A DNA stretch of 64,000 nt from Vicugna vicugna (Eukaryota). Under the pieces are notes generated by a model. That model had not been told where the DNA came from. It did no database searches and worked only from the letters and a program-made list of their open reading frames with translations. The stretch spans positions 4,758,066 to 4,822,065 of the forward strand of contig MU058221.1 of NCBI GenBank assembly GCA_013265495.1. The letters are read 5' to 3'. Shown in pieces: positions 41,403 through 54,609 of the stretch (within the stretch, counting starts at the first letter, position 1; every line of letters starts with the position of its first letter). A program made the translations under genes and the position numbers.

Positions 41403-42396
41403 GTGAGTGAAGCAGCCTGGCGTCTAAAGTGACACGGTGCGAAGTGCATGATTTCTAACATAAGTAAAGCCATGTCACGGTCATCTGCCTCCTGCTAAGT
41501 GTGCTGCTGCTGTTTGCCTGATAATTGTTAAAGTTATCTTTTAACAGCAGATTTGCGCATCCTAGGAGGCTGCGTGTGCCCAGGATAATGCCCCCCATTT
41601 GTCCGTACTAGCCTTTCTTGCCTTGTTGCTAAAAGCACAACGTGGAATCTTGACCAAATTCAGGAGCCTTCAGTAAAGGCGCTGTGAAAAGTCTAAAAGC
41701 GCCTCAACCTGCAGCATGCCTCTTCGCAGTGTTCTTGTTAACCTGCTTGATTCTTCTGTGAGGAAGCCGTCACGAGGAAATGTTACAATCTTTGGTCATA
41801 CATTAAGCAGCAATCCATTGTCACATCTCACGGTTGCACATCACTGACCTTAACTTGACTTTCATCAGATCGAACCCCTTGCATCGCAGGTCAAAGCTCT
41901 GAGATCCCTGGAAGTTCCTCCTGCTCTGACCTTTTCCAGTGGCCAAAATCCAGGGACCTAGAACAATACACAAAGTCTTGCCTTGACAGCTTTTTGGATA
42001 TTTTACTTGACATCTGAGTCAGCATATATCCAACTTCAACGGATGATAAGTGCCCTGAAAGAGTCCCCTCCGCCTTCACGGTTGGTAGCGGTGGACGAAG
42101 TGAGCAGTGAGAGAGGAGGTGGAGGTGTGGGATGGGGGGAGCTTGGCCACAAGCAGTTGCACGTTGCTTCAACTCATAAACCCCTAAGTGCACTCAAAAC
42201 AAACTAACCAAAACTCAAGAGAAATGAAGTAGCAGCAGCGTGTCCGAGGACAGACGGCTGGTAAGGGGCAGAGCCTGGAGTCCGTGCCTCGCCGCTGTCC
42301 TGCTCCGTCCCCGCTGCAGCCCCGCTGCTAGCGCTGTGCTCCCCCCGACTCCCACCGCTAGTGTGAAGTTAGCCTGTGGTAAGACTGAATGGTTCA

Positions 42397-42527
42397 GTGC
42401 GGGAGGGTGCAGCTCAGCGGTAGAGCACATGCTTAGTGTGCATGAGGTCCTGGGTTCAATCCCCGGTACCTCCTCTAAAAATAAATATACCTAATTACCT
42501 CCCCCCACAAAAATAAATTTTAAAAAA
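42397..42527 (+). mobile_element. Vic-1-like SINE, full length
   Basis: gggagggtgcagctcagcggtagagcacatgcttagtgtgcatgaggtcctgggttcaatccccggtacctcc; TSD aagactgaatggttca (42381-42396) / aagacttaatagttca (42528-42543). Confidence 0.92.
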
Positions 42528-45500
42528 AAGACTTAATAGTTCAAACAGTTGGTAAATTCACCTTATGTCATCCTCAAGCCAAATTTTACCATCTGATGGC
42601 TCAAAACGCTCTCACCTTGCACTGGATTGCATCTTTATCCTGGTTGTCTTGGGAAAGTTGAAATAAGTTCTCTTTGATTTAATTCGTGTGAAGTGTGGGT
42701 GTTTATCTACCTAGATGTAATAAGGAGGCTTTCCCTGTAAGCCAGGCCTTCTTAGAGCCGTCCTCGTACCAGCCAGTGGGCCCTAGAGCAGTGCTTTCAT
42801 CGCCCCGCTAGGGCGGGGCGCTACTCGGCTTTCTGCATCTGAAGTGGGAGAATCCAGTGGAGCTTTACCTCCTTTCCATGAGTGAAAAGCTAATTATTCA
42901 CTTTTAAAAATGAGAATCAACCAGCAGCAGCCTTGCCTTTGTTTTTTCCAGCAAATAAATACTCAGAATTTATTTATTCCCTTTTATACCTGATACACAG
43001 TTTGGAAATGAAACACCGTCTACAGGTGGTCTTGTGGTCTGTCTCTTGCAAGTTGTGTTCAGTTACGTGCCTCATTTTAGTTCCTCAGCTTTTGGAACAT
43101 AGCTCACGGCAGTGGCCGCCCTGTTTTTCATATTGGTGTTTGTGCTATTTTAAGGATTTCTCCCTTTCATCAGCTCTTAGTCTGCATGAGCACTGCATCT
43201 GCCTCTGTCCCCACCCATAACACACCCGGACGTTTCAAAGTGAAAAACAACAAGCAGAAAGAACCTTGGATGTGAAGGTGCATGATTCTTCGAATCCTCT
43301 AGGTAATGTCCTGGATCCAGGGCTGGCATCCAGCAGGTGCACCACGCACGGTTCACTGACTGGTTTCCGTGCTGAAGGACTGGTGCCTGTGCCGTCCCAG
43401 TTGTTAGATACTTTTAATGCCTCTCGGTGTATCTGAGAAGCATGATATCAGCTCTGATGTGTTACAGTTGTATGTATCGTCATGTGTCCCCTCTCAGCAC
43501 CCTCCCCACTATGTTTTGTCAAGTCACAGTAGTTCAACCACTGTTCTGAATTCTGGAGTTCAAGAGGGACTCATGTCATTTTGGCAGAGAATTGTTCACA
43601 TAATAACTGACTGTATCTCCTTTTCTGTTCCTTCTTGCATTTTTCTTTCCAAATGCTCGATTTGCTATCTTACTTCGCCTCTGCATTTCCTGCACGTGTC
43701 CTCTATACCACCAGCTTGTCCCCTCCTCTAGGACTTAAGGATCTCACCCCTTTGGAAAACGTAGGGAAAGAGGACATAGCATGACACGCATTCCTGCCAC
43801 TACTGGTGAGCATTTACTGATCCCTGACGTAGCTAGTAGGAAAGTTGACTGAAGGTTGATTTTAAAACAAATGCTCGTCCTCGTCTGTATTTTTTGCCTC
43901 CTTTTTCATCTTGGGACTCTAAGGCCCCGGCTAAGAATTGTCTCCCTTCTTAAGGTTAATTGAAGATTGCCCAAGAGGCTTTTGATTTTGAGGGTATGCA
44001 GGACCCTTTAAAACTAGATATTATGAAAAACAACATCTGACATAGAATGCATAATTGAAGGTGATTAAACATTTTTAGAGTGGCTTGGGTAGTCTCAGGA
44101 GTCTTTTTATAAACACCAAATATGATGAACAGTGGGATTTTAAAGTTAAGCGCAAGTTCTTAAAACTGTCATCGTTATGAAATCTGGTAGACTGGGTCAG
44201 CTAACTGGATTTTGGTTGTGGGAGGAGTGAAGAGGGGAAGTGGCTCTGTATGTAATTATCAAAGTCCATCAAGCTGGTGGTGGAAGTGAGCTCGAAGGTC
44301 AGGCGGGACCGCAGACGGGAAGGGTCTGTCGAGGAGGTGCTCGGAATGGGGAGGACCATGGTGAGAAGACTTTTCTTTGAACATAAAAAACATGAAGAGT
44401 GACTCCTGCAGTTTTTATTAAATCTTATACTTGAGCTGACCTACGCTGCAGCTGTCTAGAAAGCCTTCAGGGATTTTTGTGGTCATTTTTAAATGAAATG
44501 TACCTTTACTTCTAATCAATGATACGTAATGAATCTCCTCTCATTTATAAATCTCGTGCAATTTATATGAAGAACATTATGCTTAAAAGGTAAAAGCACT
44601 GTTTGGTTCCAACATTGTCTTCTCACTCGTGGAAGTCTGTGTCATGGCGTATTACTCTGTTCCTCACTGCAGCAGCTCTCTGATGTTCACTGCTGGAAGC
44701 TTTTTGCTTCCTATTTTTCATATAGTTTACTTGCTCTTTGTTTTCTTTACTCTCCAGGAAAGGGGGTTAGGGGCCATCTCACGCTCGTAAGGGTACAGCC
44801 CCTCTGTTTTTAGTGAAGACCTAGATGTGTTTGTAACAAATGGAGTTTAATTTTGAAATAGCGTGGTTGTGTTGCATTCCATTTATACTCGTTTGGTAAG
44901 AAGTAAAAATCAAGGAGAAAGAATGATTTTAGAAATTTCCCGCAATCTGACTTTAGACAGTTTTATTCTTACGGAGAAACATGATGACATAAAAGTACTT
45001 TCAAAGCTTTTTGTAGTGATTCAGAATAATCTGTTTTAGCTGATAATTTATTTGATGGTTAAGCAGTTGTCTGAGTGTCAATTAAGAGGAGCTGTAGAGC
45101 ACAGAGTAGAAATGATCACCATCCTCATGGCATTTTGTGCATAAACAATTAGATGCATTAAACAGTCAGGAAAGTATATCAAATGTACTGCAGACCAAAA
45201 TAACCTGACAGGTAGGGTTTATACATGAAGGCTATGGAAAGTTACATATTTCTAAATTGTGTATAGGACTTTTAAATCTTGACCGTCAATATAGTGTCTG
45301 TATTTCACTGACAGACCGTTGTAATATGTAGATATTTAAAGTAACCTCCCAGCACATGTATTTCTTTAGAGGAGCAGTACTAGTGGAGTGAACAACCATT
45401 TTTACAGGTCTTCCAATCTAGTCTTGTATGTTTTCTGAAATACCATTACCTACCTGTTCACCCTTAGAATCAGATCATCAGGAAAGGTAAGCACTTAAAA

Positions 45501-47265
45501 GCCAAATACACATTTAAAAAAAAAAAACAGGCTTTGATTGAAAGATGAAGGTGCTGCCTGCTTTTCTGTGAGCTAACAGTGGGATTTTATTTAATAGCGG
45601 TGGGGGAATACATAGGATTTGAAAAATACGGTTGCTCCGGGCAGCGTGCTGCTGACGCTCAGCTAGCAGGGAGGTTACAGACGAGCGGGACCTGGTGCTT
45701 CTCCCATTTGTGCTTCTCATTCCTTTTGACTCTAAACACTTTCTATTTTATGAGTCGCTTTTTCTGTCTTAAGCATTTGGCTATCTTTGCATATAAATAA
45801 TGGTTATTTTGAGCACATTTACTTGTTTAAAATCAGGCAGTAATACTTCTGATTTTATGAGTGATACAGTCATTGGTGTCCCAGCAGATCTGTTAGTTGA
45901 CAGCAAAGAAGGAAGCCACAGGAGACACCTTGGGGGGTTCCAGATTGTTCTGGGATAATTCTGTGTATGTGTCATGATGTTTTAAAAGCTATTTCTGTAA
46001 GAAATCAGTTTCTTAAGGTGATATGAAAACCAGGAAGGGAATCCCTTAGAATATTATGAAAATGAGAGAACAGCTTTTCCAGGAAGGTGCGTGCCCAGCA
46101 TTTCAGACCGTGCTGCTGTCTCTGGGGAGGACTCATTGCCCTGTGTTGAATGGCACCCCTGTGGGGGAAGGGGGAAAGGGGAAGGCAGTTTTCAGAATGG
46201 GGAGAACACCCAGCATGCAGGGGTGCGCTGGGTAGGAGGGCAGCTGGGCTGGAGACATTCATTCCAAATTCTATTTCTTTGGCTGCTGGTTTGGTTTCTT
46301 CCTTGTGCTGTGAAATACTAGTTGGTCTAGTTCAGTGTTCAGACAGCTAATTTCAAGTCCGTGCATAGAAATGTTTTGCAGGGCTTGCAGAAGGATTTGT
46401 TGGGAGGGTGGTATAAATTAAAGATGGGAGCTCTGGCAACTGTGGCAAATTATAAGGCAGCTCAGAAGTCCTTTAAGCACTTCCCAGCCTCGTGTCTTCT
46501 CCTGCCTCCCCATCGTGCCCCTCAGGTTAAAACAAACTGGTTAAGAAAAGTATTTGAAGAGGCCCATCTCGGCATTCACAGCCGAGGTTTTTTTTTCTAG
46601 GAGGTTCTGCCCAATTCAGACCCACTGGACAAACTAGTTATGCTCTTGAGAAAGGAACGTACAAAGCTGCTTTCATTGCCAGATTCCAACTGAAACTCAT
46701 TAGAAACAACAGTTACTTAAATTGAGTCATTTCTGATTTTTCACTAAAATTGTTGCTGGCCTTGGGCTCTGCCTCCCTGCAAATTGCAGGTGCTTAGTGA
46801 CACCATTAAGCAGTAAGACGTCCCCGTTTCCTTTTGTTTCTCTAAGTCTGCAAATGAAATACATAGCTTCCCCCAGGACAGGTAGGAAAAGTAAAGCTCA
46901 CCCTGGGGTTTTTCTTCTAGGTAAACATGGGTGTGGGCACTCATGTCCAGACTGAACTGTGGACAAGATAAAGAAATGGGACAGTTCTGACTCCTTTGGA
47001 GTTATTTTTCCTTGTGGCTAAATTATGTTTCTTCAACTTCTGTGAATTCTCAGGACATCTGCATACACGTAATTTAAATTCCTGTCCAGGACGCATGTTT
47101 AAAACCAAAACATTAATTATTTAGTGCTTCTAAATCATCTATAAAAATGTAAGGAAAATTAAAATTTTTGCATATAACGAAAACTCCCTAATATTCTAAA
47201 TGCCTCCCTTTCAAAGCAGGTGCCAGTTCCAACCTCAACATTCAAATGTAGAGAATGGAACTGAG

Positions 47266-48456
47266 GAGAAAAATTCAATATGACGTAGCTCATACTTGAC
47301 TGTAAGTTAATTTCAGTGTTCCGCTGCAACAACAGAAGATGAGACTACAGTAGGGTCGAGCAGTGTGCTCACTCATCTTGAAAGAACCTGTATCTGTATT
47401 GGCAAAACAGATGACTAAGGTGCACCTCGCTACAGCGTAGATGGTTCTAGAAGGGCCGAGAGGGGTTTATTGACCATGGAGCATGGATTTTTCCACTAGT
47501 GCTTTATGTATGTTCTCAAAGCAAAATTTCAGTTTTATGTTGATTATATCTGCAGGTTTTAATAAGGTAAACTACTTTTAATTAGACAAGAGAACCCCAA
47601 ATCTGGAGTTATCAATTAGCCTTAGCAGTTGTTAGCTCAGTATTTTTTTAGTATGAGGATTAAAACATAACGCACGTAAGGGGGTTTTTGTGTCTTGGCT
47701 CCAAATTTTAATAACTCCTTTGGGATCATCACTCTTCAGTAAAAGAAACTTTGTTAGAAAACATCCCATTGTATGGCAGGTGATCAGAATATCTGCCTTA
47801 TAGAAGAACAATCCTAGGGTATTTCTAAAGCTTCATTTAGGAGTTTCTCAAAAGGAGAGAAGAGAAAAATTCAATATGACGTAGCTCATACTTGACTGTA
47901 AGTTAATTTCAGTGTTCCGCTGCAACAACAGAAGATGAGACTACAGTAGGGTCGAGCAGTGTGCTCACTCATCTTGAAAGAACCTGTATCTGTATTGGCA
48001 AAACAGATGACTAAGGTGCACCTCGCTACAGCGTAGATGGTTCTAGAAGGGCCGAGAGGGGTTTATTGACCATGGAGCATGGATTTTTCCACTAGTGCTT
48101 TATGTATGTTCTCAAAGCAAAATTTCAGTTTTATGTTGATTATATCTGCAGGTTTTAATAAGGTAAACTACTTTTAATTAGACAAGAGAACCCCAAATCT
48201 GGAGTTATCAATTAGCCTTAGCAGTTGTTAGCTCAGTATTTTTTTAGTATGAGGATTAAAACATAACGCACGTAAGGGGGTTTTTGTGTCTTGGCTCCAA
48301 ATTTTAATAACTCCTTTGGGATCATCACTCTTCAGTAAAAGAAACTTTGTTAGAAAACATCCCATTGTATGGCAGGTGATCAGAATATCTGCCTTATAGA
48401 AGAACAATCCTAGGGTATTTCTAAAGCTTCATTTAGGAGTTTCTCAAAAGGAGAGA
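47266..48456. repeat. Direct tandem duplication, 2 x 595 bp (period 596)
   Basis: 47266-47860 and 47862-48456 read as identical by eye (gagaaaaattcaatatgacgtagc...ctcaaaaggagaga), separated by one A. Confidence 0.95.
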
Positions 48457-51400
48457 CACAAATTGTGTCTCAGACATGAATCATACCCGAGTATTTACTC
48501 AGTAAATACTTAATGAATTAGTTAATCCATAGTAACAAGATTATACAGTGTAACAAACATAACTAGTGAGAACTTTACCCTTCCCAGTTGACCTGGACTT
48601 TATAATTTATAACATTAGTCCTTTAACTGAAAATTAAGATGCAATTGTAAAAAGTAGCACCAAGAAAAGGATGCGTGTCACACTTCGGAATATACCCCTA
48701 CCTTAAACAACACTCACAAGTTTTTACTTAACGTTTTTATTTGAAGTTACTATATAGCCTACATATACATCGTAAAAAGGAAGACCCCCCCCACACACAC
48801 ACACTGTAAAAAGGTGATTTTTGTAAATGTTCTTTGGCCGCCTGGTTTGGAACTCAGAGCCCGATAAGCACTTACATTGGCAGAACACACCATGTGCGGA
48901 ACTTTGACTTCAGAGCTGGCTGGGGAGACCTAGGGAGCCTGGTACAGGAAGGGCAGTGCATCGCTAAACAGCACAGGAAAATTATTTGACTTGAAATTGT
49001 GTCCTTATCTTTCTTGTGTTATTATTGGGGGAAAAAAGCAGGTTCACGTAAGGATGAAGAGCTAAGCAGTGCCTCCCTGAGGGCAGTGGGGCTGTGGCAG
49101 TGGGCGGGTTCTCATCACATCTTAATTTTGCTTTAGAACTTCTGACTCCTCAGACACCAGGGTAATACTTTTATTAATCATTTCAACTACGATTAACTTC
49201 ATAACTTGACTCACAGCTATAACCGAGTAAAGGCATGTGAGTGGAAACGGGGGAAGTTTTCCAGTAATAACTGGACAAAAAGCAAGGAAATACAGGAGCC
49301 TGGGGGCTGCAGAAGGGCTTTTGTGTGAGGAAGGGTGTGGGCGCCTGAGCAGAGATGAGCGGAGTTCTCAGCTAGGAAGGAGGAGAAGATGGAGGGGGCA
49401 CAGCATTTGCTTCACCCCACGTCTTCACCCTGAGATGGATAGTGTCAGAAGAAAGGCTATTCTGGGTCATTCCTGCGTCAGTTTTTAAGGATAGCCCAGA
49501 CAGGGAAACATTCGCTGGCCTTTCTCAAGACTTCATACAGTCATAACTTCTGGATGTCTCTCTCCAAGTATTAACCAAGAACATTACATTTAATGTGTAA
49601 AGTGTGAAGTAGTGCTTTCTGGAGCCACCAAATTCTTGGAGTTAAGTGCGGTGAATGTCAGCATAACAGAATTAAAACACGGACGGCCTTTCCCCACGCA
49701 AACCTTATGGCGGGTCTGAAAACCAGACTGGTTCTCACACAATTGGAGGACAAGGCAAGGAGTCAGAGAGGGCTCCGTGACTTGAGGTGGGCTTGAAAAA
49801 TGCGTGTTACTTCACAAAGGGGACAGAACGGGAAGGACTGGCATGACTCGGAGGGAAGAGACACAGCCAAGATGCACTGTTGAGAAGGAACGTACGGGGT
49901 GGGGGGGGTGGTAAAGCGCTGATTGCTGTGGGAAGTAGTGGGAAATAAAACTGAACCTGCCGAGTGAGGACAGATAATAGAGAACCCAAAAAACCAGAAT
50001 CTTCATCCACTTGGTTTGGTGGACAGTAAAGAGAAGTTTTGGCACCTTTACAGAGGAAAGGCATTTCGCCACCATCACACCGCGTAGGCTGTCATTTGGG
50101 AAGGGAAGGATGGTAGAGTTTGAGTGGTTCTGTAGCTCCTCTGAAATGGGATGAACCTAACCGTAATGATTATGTGGATGCGCATGGATCAAAAAAGGGG
50201 CAGAAATTACAAAGAAGCTGTGTTGCCTATTATAGCATCATGGTTGTCAGAGAAATGGTGCCTCAAACATCTGGTGTTACCAGAAAGCAACGACAGAAGA
50301 TGGTCACAGCCTTTGCACAGATAGTCTCAACAGCAAGGTGTTTCTCATGGATCTAAAATTAGATCAGAAAAGTAAATGAGTTTTATCAAGTCTGTGATCT
50401 AGAAACCCCATCAAGAAGTGCCCACCACCGGGGCATTTGCTCCACTGGAAGTGTTGTTAGGAGCAGCCTGGGCCCAGCATCTGAGCTCAAGGGGTCTGAG
50501 AAGACGCCGCATCGAGGTGGAGTGGCCTCGTGGCGAGGGACCAGCTAGCTCCTCGGCATCCGCTGAATGCCTTTGCTGCAAGGCCCGTCCCTCTATCATG
50601 CTGCGTTCTGGCTTCCGTTAAAGCCAAGTGATACGCTGGCTCAGATAGGCAGGTATGTGTGTGTTTTTCTGTGAACAAAAACGGGCAAGAAACCTATTGT
50701 GAAGCCTTTCCAAAAGAGAGGGGAAGAGAACTCATACATCACAGGAACGCCTCCTCTCTTGTGTTTAAAGCGCTGGGCAGTAGCCAGAGAGAGCCCCTGG
50801 GGTGGGTGGGTGTACAAGTTCAAGAAAGAGGCTGGGGGAGGTCCAGACTGGCTTTGGTCTGGTTGATAGTTGTACGGGGCTTCTTGCTTAAAAACAAAAC
50901 CCTAGCACACTGCTTTTAGATTATTTTTTCATGGACAGTAGCCTGTCACAGGGGAAAACATTTCGTGACTTCAGTAGTGACTTGGCATTTACACGTGGAA
51001 TAATGACATCAGAGGGTATGTTCTGGACATGGGTGACCAGCAGTGTTAAGAGCCTGCACTGACCGCTGGCTCACTGGCCAATCAAGCACTGGGACCATTT
51101 GGGAAAAATGGACACTCCGACATGGTTTTGGCATGAGATCTGTCTCAGTACATGGGTAAAGGCTTCTAAAAGGTGTGCAGATGAAATGCAGGACTGGTGG
51201 TGGCCGTCAGTGGCAAGAGGAAGCGGAAGGGGAAGACTCAAGCGGCAGCCGCGATACAGCTGAGCACGGCGAGGACGTTTGTGAATGAGGGTGTGGGGCG
51301 GGGTGGCCAGTAGCAGTTGGTGTTTCCTACAACAGGGTAAGTATTTATTATTTTTCAATACCATTGTCTGATCAGGCTATATGTACCAAACTTCCCAGTT

Positions 51401-54400
51401 GTAAATACCTGGGGCCTTTGTCAAAAACGTCAATACTCAGACCTCCTAGATTCACCTCCCAGGCACGGGGGTCTAGGGAGCTGTCTTTCAGCACGTGCCC
51501 CAGATGGATTACATCCTTAGCGAAGTTCAGGAAATGGTGACTTAAGCCAGTTCAGTGAGCCTTCGTGTTGACGAGCTGTCATCATTTTAAGCTCACGTGA
51601 GAGCTGAAAATTAATAGTTTTTTCTTGTTCGAGTGCTAGCAGTCTATCACGTGGCAGTGGAAGTACAATAAATATTAGTGTTGACAGACTCGTAGTTGTG
51701 GAGGTGAGCAGCTTCTCCTCCGTGTGGAACGTCCCTGTCCCGTAAAGGGAGTGAGGGACCTTCGCGTGGGGGTGAAGCCCGGGGTGCCAGCCTGGCGCCT
51801 GCCTCTCTGCCCTCCCACCTCCTCGGTCTTCCTCCTGCCCCACTCCGTTCCTGTCTTCCTTTCTTCCTCTTGTTCCCTCCACTGTCTCTCAGAGGTACAA
51901 CCCTGAGTTACCAAAGTTTCTGTCAGTCTGCTCAGTATAAGACAGAAAAACTTGCAAGGTGAGCAGGCTGCTGGCCCCGTGAGCACTTAGTTTTCCTTTC
52001 TGGGTCCTCGTCTGAATTAGCTTCACGTGGCCCGAGCGTGGCGTTGTCTTCCACTTGGTTCTCATCTGGCCTCGTGATCTGCCTGAGCTCCGCGATCCTC
52101 CCACCCCAGTGATGCCTTCTTCCTGGTCGTTCTTTACCCCTAGTCATCGGGAAGGGTTTGTTTTTGTGTTATTTCTCCCTGAACGATGCAGTCTGAGTAC
52201 CTTCATCCTGCCGTCAGCTCTCTCATCCCTGCGATGACATGTGAAGGACTCTGACTTACAAAAGTGAAGTTAATATACAGTATTGAAGGGTCTTGATTTT
52301 TCTTTTACGTCCCTATCTCAGAGGTGCTTTTCTGGTTTGCAGGAGACGATCAGTCTTTTCAGGACATTCTTAGTCGACTGGTATCTGTACTTTTCCATTC
52401 CGTCTTCCTTCCAGGAATGCGTGTTTTCAAGGAGACCTTTCGCATCTAAGTCTGCGCACCAGCATCCTCAGAGAACCGGAACTTCAGTGGCTACCTTTGG
52501 GCAGTTTAGGTTCTGCAGAGATTTTATCCAAAAGCCAGTGTGAAAGGAAGTATCTTAGAAGGACGATGCCTTTTCCTTTTCCAGCTGTTTTCCCTTCGGA
52601 TAAAAGTCTTACCCGTGCAGTCTTATGATATTGCAGTAAACCTGTACATAGTCCAGTGCCTGTTAATCATGGCAAAATGCTGCCTCAAAGATGTCTAAGC
52701 TGGCTGGTTTGTTTTGTTTTATTTTTCAACAATTGGAGGTAGTTTCTGCTTCTCCGAACCTTGCTGGTCTTTTTGCTTTAAAGCAAGCTTTAAGCAGTTC
52801 CCAGACAGGGAAGTCACACGGTCCTGGATTTCTCAGAGACTTCACAGTCTGGCTAGGGAAGACAGAAGCACGTGAAAGGTGAAGTACATGTGTCGGGCTC
52901 TACACGTATTCAGTGTCACGGCCCAGGAGTGGAGCGGACAGTAAAGCCTGCGTTCCTGGTAAAGAGTGTTGGTAACTAGTAAGCTTGTGAACGGCTACAA
53001 TTGCTTTTCTCTCTGACAAAGAAGAAAAAAGTCTGACCACCTTTCTGGCATCTTCTAAAAAAGCCACAGGCACGCCATCTACTTCTCTCTGTCCTTCGTC
53101 TCACAGGCGTGGCCCTTCGGGGCCTCCCTGCCTCTGCACATTGTCATGTGTAGATGTTACTTTTCATGAGCATCTGTAGGTTTTCTTGAGGTTGTTTGTC
53201 AGTCCCGAGGCCGGCAGTCAGGACAGCTGATTGTGTGTAAGAGGAACTGGGCTCACATCCGAGTCTCGGGGGGGCCTCCGCATTCTGGTCATGGAAGATG
53301 GGGTCCGTGTCCGTTCAGGCTCTAGGAATCAGAGTCGTTTGTTTCCCCTCCGTGCCCCTGTGTTGTCCCTCAAGTCTCACCTTCCTCCTGCGCCTCAGCT
53401 CCCCTCGCCTCTCCCACCTGCTCTGAGCCAGCAATAAGGTCAATCAAATGCCCGATTTTACTCCAGGTGAAGAACTGAGGCCCATGACACGTGTGTGGGC
53501 GAGTGACTCAGGGGCCTGGCCTCAGCTGCCCCGCCCCCGGGGAGGGGCCTTCAGCTCGACGGTTCCCGGGCCCCCTCTGGTTGTGCGCCTGTGCATCAGC
53601 CTTTCTTCTTGGCTCTGTTCTTTAAGGCTGAAGGTCTTCCTACTTCACGGCTTGGCTACCACTCTTAGACCGTCATCTGCCAGTTGGATTTCTGGAAGAA
53701 TAAGGGCCTTTCCTCTGAAAATTCCTCATTCTCTGTACCTTCTCCTTCTCCCTCCTGTTTCACCACTTCTGTTGAAACTCCTGTTTCAGAAACCGCGATC
53801 CCAAGATGTGAAGCCTCCTCTGCCTGTGGACACGGCGTTTTATTCCTGCTTTCTCCTCTGTCCCTTGCCCTCCGGCCCACAGGGAAGTGGTCTTCTCCTT
53901 GACCTTGATCTGACCACAGGCTTTTGTCCTACCTCCTGGCCCTTCTGGAAATAAGGTTCTAAAGATGGTCTCTCATCTTCCCTTTCCCCCTTTGGAAGTC
54001 CCATTCACGGCCTGGTAGAGCACATTTGCACAGAATCAGTAATCCCTGTCTGTCTTACGTCACACTTGAGGTACTTAAGCCTGTTCAGCTGTGTCTTAAT
54101 AAGAGCTTTGCGGTCTTGTTTGGTCCTCGAGTCCAGCTTCCTTTGAGGAAGCTTATGTCTCAGCCTTCGCCGTTCAAGACTGGACCTGGTCAGACGTGAA
54201 GGTGTCCTAAGCGGCACACTGAAACCGTTTTTCACGGAAGCTATTTTGCGAGACCATAAGAAGCCTCCGGCGGAGCTCGGGTCTGACTGCGTGTGGGATG
54301 CGGTGGCTGCCGGCGCGGCTCCGTGGAGGGTCGCAGCGCCGCTGCCCGCGGCTTGTTCGGCCCGCCGCCGTTCGCTAGTTCAGGCTCTGCGGTGCTTTTG

Positions 54401-54507
54401 CCACCGTAAGACTTGGTCCAGGTAAAATTCGCGTTAAAATACTCACCCGGAAAGGTGTCTGGTCAGTTTCATCTGTACGTAAATTGCTTTCTCCGCTTTC
54501 ATTTCAG

Positions 54508-54609
54508 ATTTGCCCGATATGCGCGGCCTTGCCCGGAGGCGACCCCAACCACGTCACGGACGACTTCGCAGCCCATCTCACACTTGAACACCGGGCCCCT
54601 AGAGATTTA
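54508..54609 (+). CDS. KCMF1: KCMF1 coding exon 4
   Basis: atttcag|ATT acceptor; 102 nt encoding ICPICAALPGGDPNHVTDDFAAHLTLEHRAPRDL; followed by the U12-type donor ATATCCTTT. Confidence 0.96.

Noticed and set aside
47266..48456. Duplication read as LTR pair or CRISPR-like array
   Set aside because: Only two adjacent copies, with no TG...CA ends, internal region or spacers.
53448..53954. Longest non-KCMF1 ORFs (168 aa here; also 9452-9910, 12590-13048, 35288-35770, 61114-61578)
   Set aside because: No recognisable domains; expected by chance in GC-rich intron or repeat sequence.
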